Shown here piece after piece: positions 36,712 through 45,575 of a stretch of 64,000 nt of DNA. Within the stretch, counting starts at the first letter, position 1. The number at the start of each line of letters is the position of its first letter. The notes under the pieces are model-generated. The model saw nothing but the letters and a program-made list of their open reading frames with translations. It made no database searches and had not been told where the DNA came from. The position numbers were made by a program, and so were the translations under genes. The stretch spans positions 32,001 to 96,000 of the forward strand of contig CAWDPO010000002.1 in the NCBI GenBank assembly GCA_963804165.1, read 5' to 3'. The DNA is from an uncultured delta proteobacterium. GTDB lineage: Bacteria > Desulfobacterota > Binatia > UBA9968.

Positions 36712-37128
36712 ATGCCCAAAGAAGACGAAAACGTCGCTATTCTCAAAGCAGCCTACCGACACTGGCACGACACCAAAGGCAAGAGTGTCGACCATTGGCT
36801 CGACAACATGGCTGATGACGTAACATTCCGCTCCCTGGCAGAAGGCGCCAAAGCCATGGAATTCACCCGCACGTCGACCTGCAAGGACGAGGTCCGACAC
36901 TACTTCGCTGGGCTCAATGCCGACTGGGAAATGATCTATTATCGCATCGATGAATACATCGCCCAGGGCGATCGGGTCGCCGCGCTCGGTCGCTGTTCTT
37001 TCAAACACAAAAAGACTGGCAAGATTCTCACAACTCCGAAGGCTGACTTCCACAAATTCCGCGAGGGCAAGATTTGCGATTTCTTCGAGTTGTACGATAC
37101 GGCACAGGCGATAGAGACGGCGTCGTGA
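36712..37128 (+). CDS. NTF2/SnoaL-like protein
   Basis: ADDVTF, EYIAQGDRVAALG, YDTA; AAGGAG RBS. Confidence 0.85.
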   Translation: MPKEDENVAILKAAYRHWHDTKGKSVDHWLDNMADDVTFRSLAEGAKAMEFTRTSTCKDEVRHYFAGLNADWEMIYYRIDEYIAQGDRVAALGRCSFKHKKTGKILTTPKADFHKFREGKICDFFELYDTAQAIETAS

Positions 37129-37200
37129 AAATGTCAGTGGAAAAGGGTTCGGCGCAAAGCGCGGCGATTCACTTTTCGCGATAACGTTCCCAAAATATCT

Positions 37201-37228
37201 TAGGATGGGTTGAGCGGAGCGATGCCCA
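37201..37228 (+). repeat. degenerate GTAG-type REP-like palindrome
   Basis: TAGGA-TGGGT-TGAGCGGAGCGAT-GCCCA, resembles a recalled REP family. Confidence 0.4.
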
Positions 37229-37289
37229 GAAGTAGTTTGATCCCGGCAATAGTTTCACCGCCGGACGAAAGCCGACGCACACGGTGAAA

Positions 37290-37319
37290 TTGACATTTCT
37301 ATCGCGCACCACATAGGTT
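37290..37319 (+). promoter_or_regulatory. candidate sigma70 promoter of the amidohydrolase-selenoprotein operon
   Basis: TTGACA-18 bp-TAGGTT, 22 nt before ATG 37342. Confidence 0.45.
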
Positions 37320-37341
37320 CTACCTCTGAAGGGAAACGACT

Positions 37342-38259
37342 ATGATTATCGACTGTCACGCACATTTAGTTCCGCAAAGTTGGCATCATCCGAAGTCGCC
37401 GAAGTCGATTTTTGATCTCGACGGCTTGTTCAAACAGCAAGACGAAGCCGGTGTCGATATTACGGTCTTCGGCAACAACTGGATTCGCTCTCCGGACGGT
37501 TACGACGCGCTGAAAGTTGTTCAGGAGTTCAACGAACACGCGGCAGAATTGTCGGTGAAGCATCCGAAACGGCTGCTCGGTCTTGCCTGCTCGGTGCCGT
37601 TCGATAACGACAAAATACTCGAAGAAACCGAGCGCGCGATCAGGCAATACAAGCTCAAAGGCGTCATGATCAACTCCAGCGTCGACGGCGAGTATCTCGA
37701 CTCACCGCGGGCAACGCCGTTCTTCGAGCTGGTGAGCGATCTTGATGTGCCGATTTTTGTCCATCCACCGAAGTTCACCATCGGCAACGAAAAGATGGAG
37801 ATATTCCGTTTACCGGAGATGCTCGGGCGGCCGTTCGATACGACACTTTCGCTCACGCGGTTCATATTCACCGGCGGCTTGGAAAAATTTCCCAAGCTCA
37901 AGTTGATATGCGCGCACGTCGGCGGCGCGCTGCCGATGTTGCCCGGCCGCTACGGTTTCGGCTACGAGCTTCGAAAAGACATGAGCTTCGGCCCGTGGGA
38001 GCCCGACGTCATGACCCGTCCGCCGGCCAGTTACATCGCGCAACTCTATCTCGACACGGTTTCGCTCCATCCGCCGGCCGTGCAATGCGCCGTCGACACC
38101 GTCGGCGTCGACCACGTGGTTTATGGCAGCGACTTTCCCCCTGTGCCGATACCGCTGAAACGCTCCGTCGATGTGGTTCTTCAATTGAAATTGCCGGACG
38201 AAGACAAACAGAAGATCCTGGGCGGCACCGCGGCCAAGTTACTCGGCTTGGCGGACTGA
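37342..38259 (+). CDS. amidohydrolase_2 family protein (ACMSD-like decarboxylase/hydrolase)
   Basis: IDCHAH, FVHP, AHVGG, YGSDFP. Confidence 0.9.
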   Translation: MIIDCHAHLVPQSWHHPKSPKSIFDLDGLFKQQDEAGVDITVFGNNWIRSPDGYDALKVVQEFNEHAAELSVKHPKRLLGLACSVPFDNDKILEETERAIRQYKLKGVMINSSVDGEYLDSPRATPFFELVSDLDVPIFVHPPKFTIGNEKMEIFRLPEMLGRPFDTTLSLTRFIFTGGLEKFPKLKLICAHVGGALPMLPGRYGFGYELRKDMSFGPWEPDVMTRPPASYIAQLYLDTVSLHPPAVQCAVDTVGVDHVVYGSDFPPVPIPLKRSVDVVLQLKLPDEDKQKILGGTAAKLLGLAD

Positions 38260-38283
38260 CGAATCTGACGAGGTCTATACCCA

Positions 38284-38775
38284 ATGGCCAAACAACTGAA
38301 TCCCGGTGACGCGTTTCCGAATTACACGGTCCCGATCACAGACGGCCGGACACTGAACATACCCGGCGACCTATACGGCGAATACGCTGTGATCATTTTC
38401 TATCGCGGTATCTGGTGACCCTACTGTGTTCGGCAGGTGGCCGACTTCCAAGGTCACATCGATGAATTTAGGAACGAAAACACCGATGTGATCGCTCTAT
38501 CCGTCGATCCATTGGATAAAGCCAAAGAAATGGTAGAGCGCACCGGGGCGACATTTCCAATCGGATACGGGTTAAGAGTTCCCGAAGACGCGGACAAAGT
38601 CGGAGCGTACTGGGAAGAGCGCCGTGGCATCATTCACGCGACCAATTTCACTCTTGGGTCGAACGGCAAAGTTCTCCAGGCGTGCTTCGCTACAGGCCCG
38701 ATTGGCCGGATCGTCGCAGTCGATGCCTTAAGCTCGATCAGGGGAGCGAAGAAAAGAAAGACTCAGGCCGGATAA
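38284..38775 (+). CDS. peroxiredoxin-like (AhpC/TSA) selenoprotein, Sec at codon 45, 163 aa
   Basis: MAKQLNPGDAFP...VIIFYRGIW-UGA-PYCVRQ reads in frame into ORF 38437..38775; FYRGxWCPYC motif with the first Cys as UGA. Confidence 0.88.
38416..38456 (+). promoter_or_regulatory. bacterial SECIS-like hairpin
   Basis: Upper stem TCGGC/GCCGA, loop AGGTG, bulged U at 38429, lower pairing TGACC/GGTCA; loop starts 16 nt after UGA. Confidence 0.7.
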
Positions 38776-38791
38776 ACTCACCGGCAGCATG

Positions 38792-38869
38792 CTCTTGTCA
38801 TGCCGAGGGTGGCCGAAGCATCTTGATCGCATGCGCGATTCCTCGCGGTCATTCGGAATGAGATAAGAG
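38792..38869. repeat. degenerate TGTCAT-type palindromic intergenic repeat
   Basis: CTCTTGTCATGCCGAG...GATTCCTCGCGGTCATTCGGAATGAGATAAGAG between convergent genes. Confidence 0.5.
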
Positions 38870-38945
38870 TTTTGCCAGCAAATTTTCTGTGATCTCCAAC
38901 CCGGTCAGATGAGGTTTTCCATTAGCAAGATTCATCCGTTCAGTT

Positions 38946-39992
<1,047 letters not shown>

Positions 39993-40051
39993 GATTTTAA
40001 GATGTCATTCCACGAAGCAAATGCGACGAGAAAATCTTTCCGACTATCCGA

Positions 40052-40082
40052 CCTTGAACTTTTGAACCTTGAACTTTGAACT
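40052..40082 (+). repeat. tandem heptamer-like repeat (TTGAAC core x4)
   Basis: ccTTGAACttTTGAACcTTGAACtTTGAACt. Confidence 0.75.
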
Positions 40083-40084
40083 CT

Positions 40085-40837
40085 CTATTCGAGCCGCTCT
40101 TCAATCTCGCGAATCGTCGCGCTGGAAAGCGCCGGTCGCACGAACGCATTATAGATGCAATCGTTCTGTAGCCACATGATATCGGCGCGTTGCCTGACCG
40201 CCTCGCGCATTTCGTGTTGGAGTTTCTCTCCCATGCAATGCTGCTTGATGACGTCGATCACCATATTGCCGTGCCCCTCGTCGTGATACTCGTGGGCGCG
40301 AAAAAAATCCAAGCAGCCCGTCGGAATCCAGGTGTAATATTTTTCGATCGCCTCCCTCTCCTCTTTCATGCGCTTCGGCCCGCCCCCTTCGAAAACCAAC
40401 CCCGTGCCGATCGCCACCGCCCAGTGACTTTGCTGCACGAGGGAAACATACATCTCCAGCGCGGCGCGAATGCCGGGCAGCGGCTCGTAATTTAGAATAT
40501 CGTCGCGCGCGATCCCAATACCTTCGGCAAATTGCACCCACAGATCCCGATGACTCGGATACTTGCCGCCGAAAAGATCCTCGCCCTCTTCCTCCACCAT
40601 GTTTTCCAAGAGCATCCGCCGCAGCTCCGGCACAGGACACTTTTGATAACGAATCCCGAAGAAACGGTGAATGTTGCGGAATTCGTGAAACTGATTTCTC
40701 GCCCACCATCTGAGTTGTTCTTGGGATAGCCTGCCGCTCAAGAGCAGTTGACGGATCGGATGGGGTCGGGGGTGGCGTTGCTGCAAGGTCTGTTGCAAAT
40801 CATCAATCAGCTCTTCCGGTCCAAACAAACCAGCCAT
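40085..40837 (-). CDS. heme-oxygenase-like diiron enzyme (PqqC/CADD/TenA superfamily)
   Basis: ENMVEEEG..SH, FEG, FFRAHEYHDEGH; GGAGGT RBS supports start at 40837. Confidence 0.85.
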   Translation of the reverse strand: MAGLFGPEELIDDLQQTLQQRHPRPHPIRQLLLSGRLSQEQLRWWARNQFHEFRNIHRFFGIRYQKCPVPELRRMLLENMVEEEGEDLFGGKYPSHRDLWVQFAEGIGIARDDILNYEPLPGIRAALEMYVSLVQQSHWAVAIGTGLVFEGGGPKRMKEEREAIEKYYTWIPTGCLDFFRAHEYHDEGHGNMVIDVIKQHCMGEKLQHEMREAVRQRADIMWLQNDCIYNAFVRPALSSATIREIEERLE

Positions 40838-40960
40838 AAAACCTCCGGCAAAGCGCGCCGCCGCGCCAATTTTTTCTGGCCGCATCATAACCAAGTTCCC
40901 CCTGCTTCGCCAGCTAGACTTCATATTGTCTTTTTGACCGGCCTCTACTAGCATAGCTCC

Positions 40961-41719
40961 ATGGTTCCGCTCTCGCTACGCAAGCTCACAAAGAGATTCG
41001 GCGCCGTAACCGCCGTCGATCAAGCGAATCTGGATGTCAATGCCGGTGAATTTCTTGTTATCGTCGGTGAGAGCGGATGCGGCAAAACCACGACCCTGCG
41101 ACTCATCGCCGGGCTCGAACAACCCGACAGCGGCGCGATCTTTATCAACGGCGCGCCGGTGAACGACGTGCCGGTTGGCCAACGTGCCGTGCAGATGATT
41201 TTCCAAAATTTTGCTCTCTGGCCACATATGAAAGTCTTCGACGAGTCCCGCTATTCGAATCTTTCGCTGCCGCTCAGAGTAAGAAAATGGTCAAGCGATA
41301 AGATCAGCGAGTTTCTCCGTCCGCTCGCATGGAAAATCGGTATAGAAGAGAGTTTTTTCAACCGCAAACCAACCGAGTTGTCGGGCGGGCAGCAGCAGCG
41401 GGTCGCGTTGGGTCGAGCGATGGTGACCTCGCCGAGAGTGATGTTGATGGATGAGCCGCTCAGCAACATCGATCCTCCTAACCGTTTGAAGATGCGTCAG
41501 GAGATACTGACATTTCACAAGGAAAACCGGCTCACCACTTTGTATGTAACACACAATTTAGCGGACGGCATGGCGCTTGCCGACCGGATCGCTGTCATGC
41601 ACGAGGGCAGATTCGAACAGTCCGACACGCCGGAACACTTGCTGCGGCATCCGGCTACCCCATACGTCGCCGATTTCTTTAAGGCCGAGCAGTTCAGCCA
41701 CAGGATCAGCGCGCCCTAG
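40961..41719 (+). CDS. ABC transporter ATP-binding protein (orphan)
   Basis: GESGCGKT, LSGGQQQR, MDEPLS, VTH. Confidence 0.92.
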   Translation: MVPLSLRKLTKRFGAVTAVDQANLDVNAGEFLVIVGESGCGKTTTLRLIAGLEQPDSGAIFINGAPVNDVPVGQRAVQMIFQNFALWPHMKVFDESRYSNLSLPLRVRKWSSDKISEFLRPLAWKIGIEESFFNRKPTELSGGQQQRVALGRAMVTSPRVMLMDEPLSNIDPPNRLKMRQEILTFHKENRLTTLYVTHNLADGMALADRIAVMHEGRFEQSDTPEHLLRHPATPYVADFFKAEQFSHRISAP

Positions 41720-41728
41720 AGACTTGCG

Positions 41729-42514
41729 ATGAATCGGGCAATGGCATTGGCGTTTTTCGTGCTATCGATTCTTTCCGCGGGCGCGGCGCATTCTGCCTGC
41801 CGGGAGTTAGACGTTGCGCGCCGGTGGTTGCCCCCGGCATACGCCGCCGAACCCGACGGGACGATAGAATTTTTCGGTCACAATTTCTTTCAGGTCACTT
41901 CCAGCAAGGGCACCAAGATTATCACCGATCCGGTGGCGCCGGGATTCTACCCGACGCCGAACGTCGTGCCGCACGCCGTCACGGTCGGAAGGGAGCATCC
42001 GAATCACAATTATGTCGAAGCCGCGCAGGGCAAACCGGTCATCTTGAGAGGATTGGGTAACTACGGCTCGGAATGGAACAAAATCAGCACCACGGTGCGC
42101 GATGTCTTAATTTACAGCATTCCCATCTATCAGCAGCAATTCGGCAACGCGTTAAAAGGCGCGGCCTTTGTCTTCGATCTCGGAACGATTTGCATCGCCC
42201 ACCTAGGCGATTTGAGCCACAAGCTCACCGAGGAGCAGATCAAGGCATTCGGCAAGGTCGACATTGCGATGATCCCCATCGGCGGCACGTTCACCATGCC
42301 GCCGGATACCGCCCGTGAAGTGTTGCAGCAATTGAAACCCAAGATCGCGATCCCGATGCATTACCGGGAGAGCACATACCTGTTGGACATGTTTGTGAAA
42401 GGCTACTCGCACAAATATCTCGGCACGTACAAGATGACGTTCAGTAAAACGGCGTTGCCGCCTCCGACACAAATCATTGTCTTCACGCCCTGGGGGATGC
42501 GCGACTATAGATAG
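41729..42514 (+). CDS. exported MBL-fold protein (Lactamase_B_3-like)
   Basis: Signal peptide, IITDP, REHPNHN, HLGDL, IPIGG, IPMHY. Confidence 0.85.
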   Translation: MNRAMALAFFVLSILSAGAAHSACRELDVARRWLPPAYAAEPDGTIEFFGHNFFQVTSSKGTKIITDPVAPGFYPTPNVVPHAVTVGREHPNHNYVEAAQGKPVILRGLGNYGSEWNKISTTVRDVLIYSIPIYQQQFGNALKGAAFVFDLGTICIAHLGDLSHKLTEEQIKAFGKVDIAMIPIGGTFTMPPDTAREVLQQLKPKIAIPMHYRESTYLLDMFVKGYSHKYLGTYKMTFSKTALPPPTQIIVFTPWGMRDYR

Positions 42515-42589
42515 TAAGATTGGAGTGTTTTTTCGCCCTAGAGTCTTTTCCAACCAATCTCTTTTGTGCGATGTTTGCGTTCTCTGCGG

Positions 42590-43579
42590 TTAAATCTTGA
42601 ACGCCTCTACGGTTTCCCGCGCAAAGAGCTCATCGAGATTGAGTTTCTGCTTGATCAAGCCTTGCTCAGCCAGATAGCCGTGTAAGGTTTCCAAATTCGC
42701 GCGATTGGGCTCCAGCCCGTACGGCCAGTAATCGGCCGTCATCAGCTCGCGGGTGTCTTCGTACTCCGCGGAGGTCCACGGTAAGCTCACACGCAGGATG
42801 TTGGTATCGTAGAGATCGCGCATGCAAATGTCTTTTGCTTCGCAGAAAGCTTTGTAGAGCGTCTGCGCCACCCAAGGTTCCCTGTCGTAAATAGACCGCT
42901 TGATCACAATGACGTGCATAATCGGAAACAAACCGGTCTTTTTGAAATAATCCATTTCGGCTTGGCGATAATTTGGAAACAAACGCCTCACGTGCGGCGA
43001 TCCCTGAAGAAAACAGGTGGGCATGCGCGGCGACATCATGGCGTCGACCTCGCCGCTCTCGATCATCGCATTGAGGGTCGTATCGGGTCGGCTTTCGAGT
43101 GTCACGCCGTTGGGCATTTCGAAATCGACGCGGTCTTTTCTTCCGGGATGCTCCTCGCCCGCCTGGACCCAATGAATCTCGCTTGGCGGCACACCGTATT
43201 CATGTTGAAACAAACCGCGCAACCACACCGCCGCGGTCATGGAATACTCCGGCACGCCCATTCGCTTCCCGCGCAGTTCCTCGACCCGCTGAATGCCGGA
43301 GGCGTTGTTGACGAAGATGCAGCGGTGACGAAACGTCCGCGAGGGAAACACTGGGATCGCTACAAAAGGCCGCCGCCCGTGCGCCGCGGCAGTCAAAAAC
43401 GCCCCCATCGACAGCTCCGACACGTCGAACTCTTCATACTTCATCATGCGCCAGAAGATCTCTTCCACCGGCATGACCAGATAATTGACCTCTAGCCCTT
43501 CTGCCTTGACGATGCCGTCTTTGAATGGACGGGTGCGATCGTAATCCTCGCAGGCGACCGTTAAATTCAATGGAATCAT
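42590..43579 (-). CDS. 4,5-dihydroxyphthalate decarboxylase-like protein (PBP2 fold)
   Basis: ACEDYDRT, FDVSELS, IPVFPSR.FRH, FPIMH, WPYG. Confidence 0.8.
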   Translation of the reverse strand: MIPLNLTVACEDYDRTRPFKDGIVKAEGLEVNYLVMPVEEIFWRMMKYEEFDVSELSMGAFLTAAAHGRRPFVAIPVFPSRTFRHRCIFVNNASGIQRVEELRGKRMGVPEYSMTAAVWLRGLFQHEYGVPPSEIHWVQAGEEHPGRKDRVDFEMPNGVTLESRPDTTLNAMIESGEVDAMMSPRMPTCFLQGSPHVRRLFPNYRQAEMDYFKKTGLFPIMHVIVIKRSIYDREPWVAQTLYKAFCEAKDICMRDLYDTNILRVSLPWTSAEYEDTRELMTADYWPYGLEPNRANLETLHGYLAEQGLIKQKLNLDELFARETVEAFKI

Positions 43580-44238
43580 TTCTTCCTCGATGTCGATTTC
43601 GTCTGCCGCGCATGTGCGACCACTTTGACAAACTGCTGCATCTCTTTAATGAATGCCGTCTTGCCTTTTTCGGTCAGTAATTTTTCGAGGTAAGCGCTGC
43701 CCAGGCAAATCCCGGTGACGCCGGCTCTCACATAATCCGTAAGGTTTTTTAAACTCACGCCGCCGGAAACCATGAAACGGACGTCCGGAAATGGCGCCTG
43801 CATCTGCCGGATGAACTGCGGACCGCCGACCAAATCGGCGGGAAAGATCTTCACCAGATCCGCCCGTGCGCGCTGCGCCGCGATGATTTCCGTCGGCGTC
43901 GCCGCGCCGGGACAGCAGGCGACGTTTGCCAGGTGGCAGATGCCGACCAAATTCAGCTCCAGGGACGGAGAGACAATGAACTCGGCCCCGACGCCGATGG
44001 CGCGCTCGGCTTGTTGCGGCGCCAGCACGGTGCCGGCGCCGACGTGAAGACCCTTACGCGCCGTCAGTTCTTTGATGACGTCGAGCGCTCCCGGCACGCT
44101 GAACGTAATTTCGATGAACCTGACGCCGCCGGCGGCGGCGGCCTGAGCCAGCGCGAGCGCTTCGTCGGCGCTTTTAGATCGCACAACAGCGATCAGACGA
44201 TCCTGGTAGAGTTCACGTATGAGTTCAGTCCTATTCAT
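43576..44238 (-). CDS. eda: KDPG/KHG aldolase family protein
   Basis: IEITF, GAGTVL, PGAATPTE, VKIFPA, SGGV. Confidence 0.85.
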   Translation of the reverse strand: MNRTELIRELYQDRLIAVVRSKSADEALALAQAAAAGGVRFIEITFSVPGALDVIKELTARKGLHVGAGTVLAPQQAERAIGVGAEFIVSPSLELNLVGICHLANVACCPGAATPTEIIAAQRARADLVKIFPADLVGGPQFIRQMQAPFPDVRFMVSGGVSLKNLTDYVRAGVTGICLGSAYLEKLLTEKGKTAFIKEMQQFVKVVAHARQTKSTSRKK

Positions 44239-44532
44239 AATGAAGCCACCATTTTCCGTTCCATTGGTACGTTACAAAAGCTGCGCTTCGCGGTCATTGC
44301 TCCACTTTAGGTCCGGCGCGATCAAGACGGTCAATCTCACTTGCGTGGTCGCCGTCATCGCCGCTCTCCCAATGGCTCGGGTTCTGCGGAATTTATTTCT
44401 TGCCGGCGGTCACCGTAGTCGATTCTCAACGATCGACGCTTTTCCACCGCTCTTGTGTGTACGATTTCATACATCGCATGCATGCCGAAGCTGCGCCCAA
44501 TTGCAACCACTCATGTTCACTTGCAAATACCG

Positions 44533-45474
44533 TTACGTCTGATTGACCGTCGCATTGTCTCCCAGAAACTTCCGCACCGCCGCAACAAGCTCCTTCTGCT
44601 CGTTTTCGGGGTGATACCAACGTATCTCTTCATCCCGCCGGAACCAGGTTAACTGTCGTTTGGCGAGGCGGCGAGTTTCCTGTTTCATCTCTTCGAATGC
44701 AACATCCAGATCCTTGGCGCCCTGAATAACTTCACCCATCTGCCGATAACCCACGCTGCCAAGGGGTTTCAAAGTCAAAGCAAAACCGCGTGAAACCAAG
44801 CCGCGCACCTCGTCCAGCAAGCCGTCACGAATCATCCGCTCGCCACGTTGGTGGATCAGGTCGTAGAGCTCGGCACGCGTCCGCAGCAGACCGATCTTGA
44901 GAACTTCGAAGGGCTGGTCTTGAAACGCATGCTCGTGCTGCCAAAGACTGAGGGGTTTGCCGGTGGTTTGATAAACTTCCAAAGCCCGAATGATGCGCTG
45001 GCGGTCGTTTGGATGAATCGACGACACGACGCTCGGGTCGATCTCTGTCAATCGTTGATACGTAGCGGGCAGGCCTTTCTTATCGATCTCCATGTCCAAG
45101 TTGCGACGCATCTCCGAATCCTGACCCGGACCGGCGAAAAGACCATGCGTCAGAGCCTTGAGATACAACCCGGTACCGCCGCAGACCACGACATTTTTGC
45201 CGCGCTTTTGAATCTGTTCGATGCTCTCGGTCGCCAACCGGCGATAGAATGCAGCATTAAACTCGTCGTCCGGATTCACGATATCGATCAAATGATGGCG
45301 TACACGCTGCCGATGGCTTATCGACGGCTTTCCCGTGCCGATGTCCATGTACCGGTACACTTGCTGCGAATCGGCGTTGACGATCTCGCCGTTGATGCTT
45401 TGCGCCAGTTCCAGTGCGAGCTCGGATTTTCCCACGGCGGTGGGGCCGAGAATAATCACAATCTTGGCTTTCAT
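44533..45474 (-). CDS. miaA: tRNA dimethylallyltransferase
   Basis: GPTAVGKS, DIGTGKP, GGTGLY, AKRQLTW. Confidence 0.97.
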   Translation of the reverse strand: MKAKIVIILGPTAVGKSELALELAQSINGEIVNADSQQVYRYMDIGTGKPSISHRQRVRHHLIDIVNPDDEFNAAFYRRLATESIEQIQKRGKNVVVCGGTGLYLKALTHGLFAGPGQDSEMRRNLDMEIDKKGLPATYQRLTEIDPSVVSSIHPNDRQRIIRALEVYQTTGKPLSLWQHEHAFQDQPFEVLKIGLLRTRAELYDLIHQRGERMIRDGLLDEVRGLVSRGFALTLKPLGSVGYRQMGEVIQGAKDLDVAFEEMKQETRRLAKRQLTWFRRDEEIRWYHPENEQKELVAAVRKFLGDNATVNQT

Positions 45475-45490
45475 CGAAGACGCGGGGGCG

Positions 45491-45567
45491 GTTCAGAGTT
45501 CAAGGTCAACATCCAACAGGCAAATTCAAATTCCAACTCTCGTCGCTTTGAACCTGGAACCTTGAAC
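45491..45567. repeat. inverted heptamer repeats between mutL and miaA
   Basis: GTTCAGAGTTCAAGG ... TTTGAACCTGGAACCTTGAAC. Confidence 0.7.
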
Positions 45568-45575
45568 TTCTCAAA

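Noticed and set aside
40052-40082. CRISPR array
   Set aside because: Only 7-8 bp tandem units without spacers; no cas genes or 25-40 bp repeats were seen in the window.
40838-40954. N-terminal extensions given by the ORF track (also 50328, 53403, 60041, 63834)
   Set aside because: Better RBS-supported or stop-coupled starts lie downstream.
44239-44532. hfq after miaA
   Set aside because: The frames I translated show no Sm/Hfq motif.
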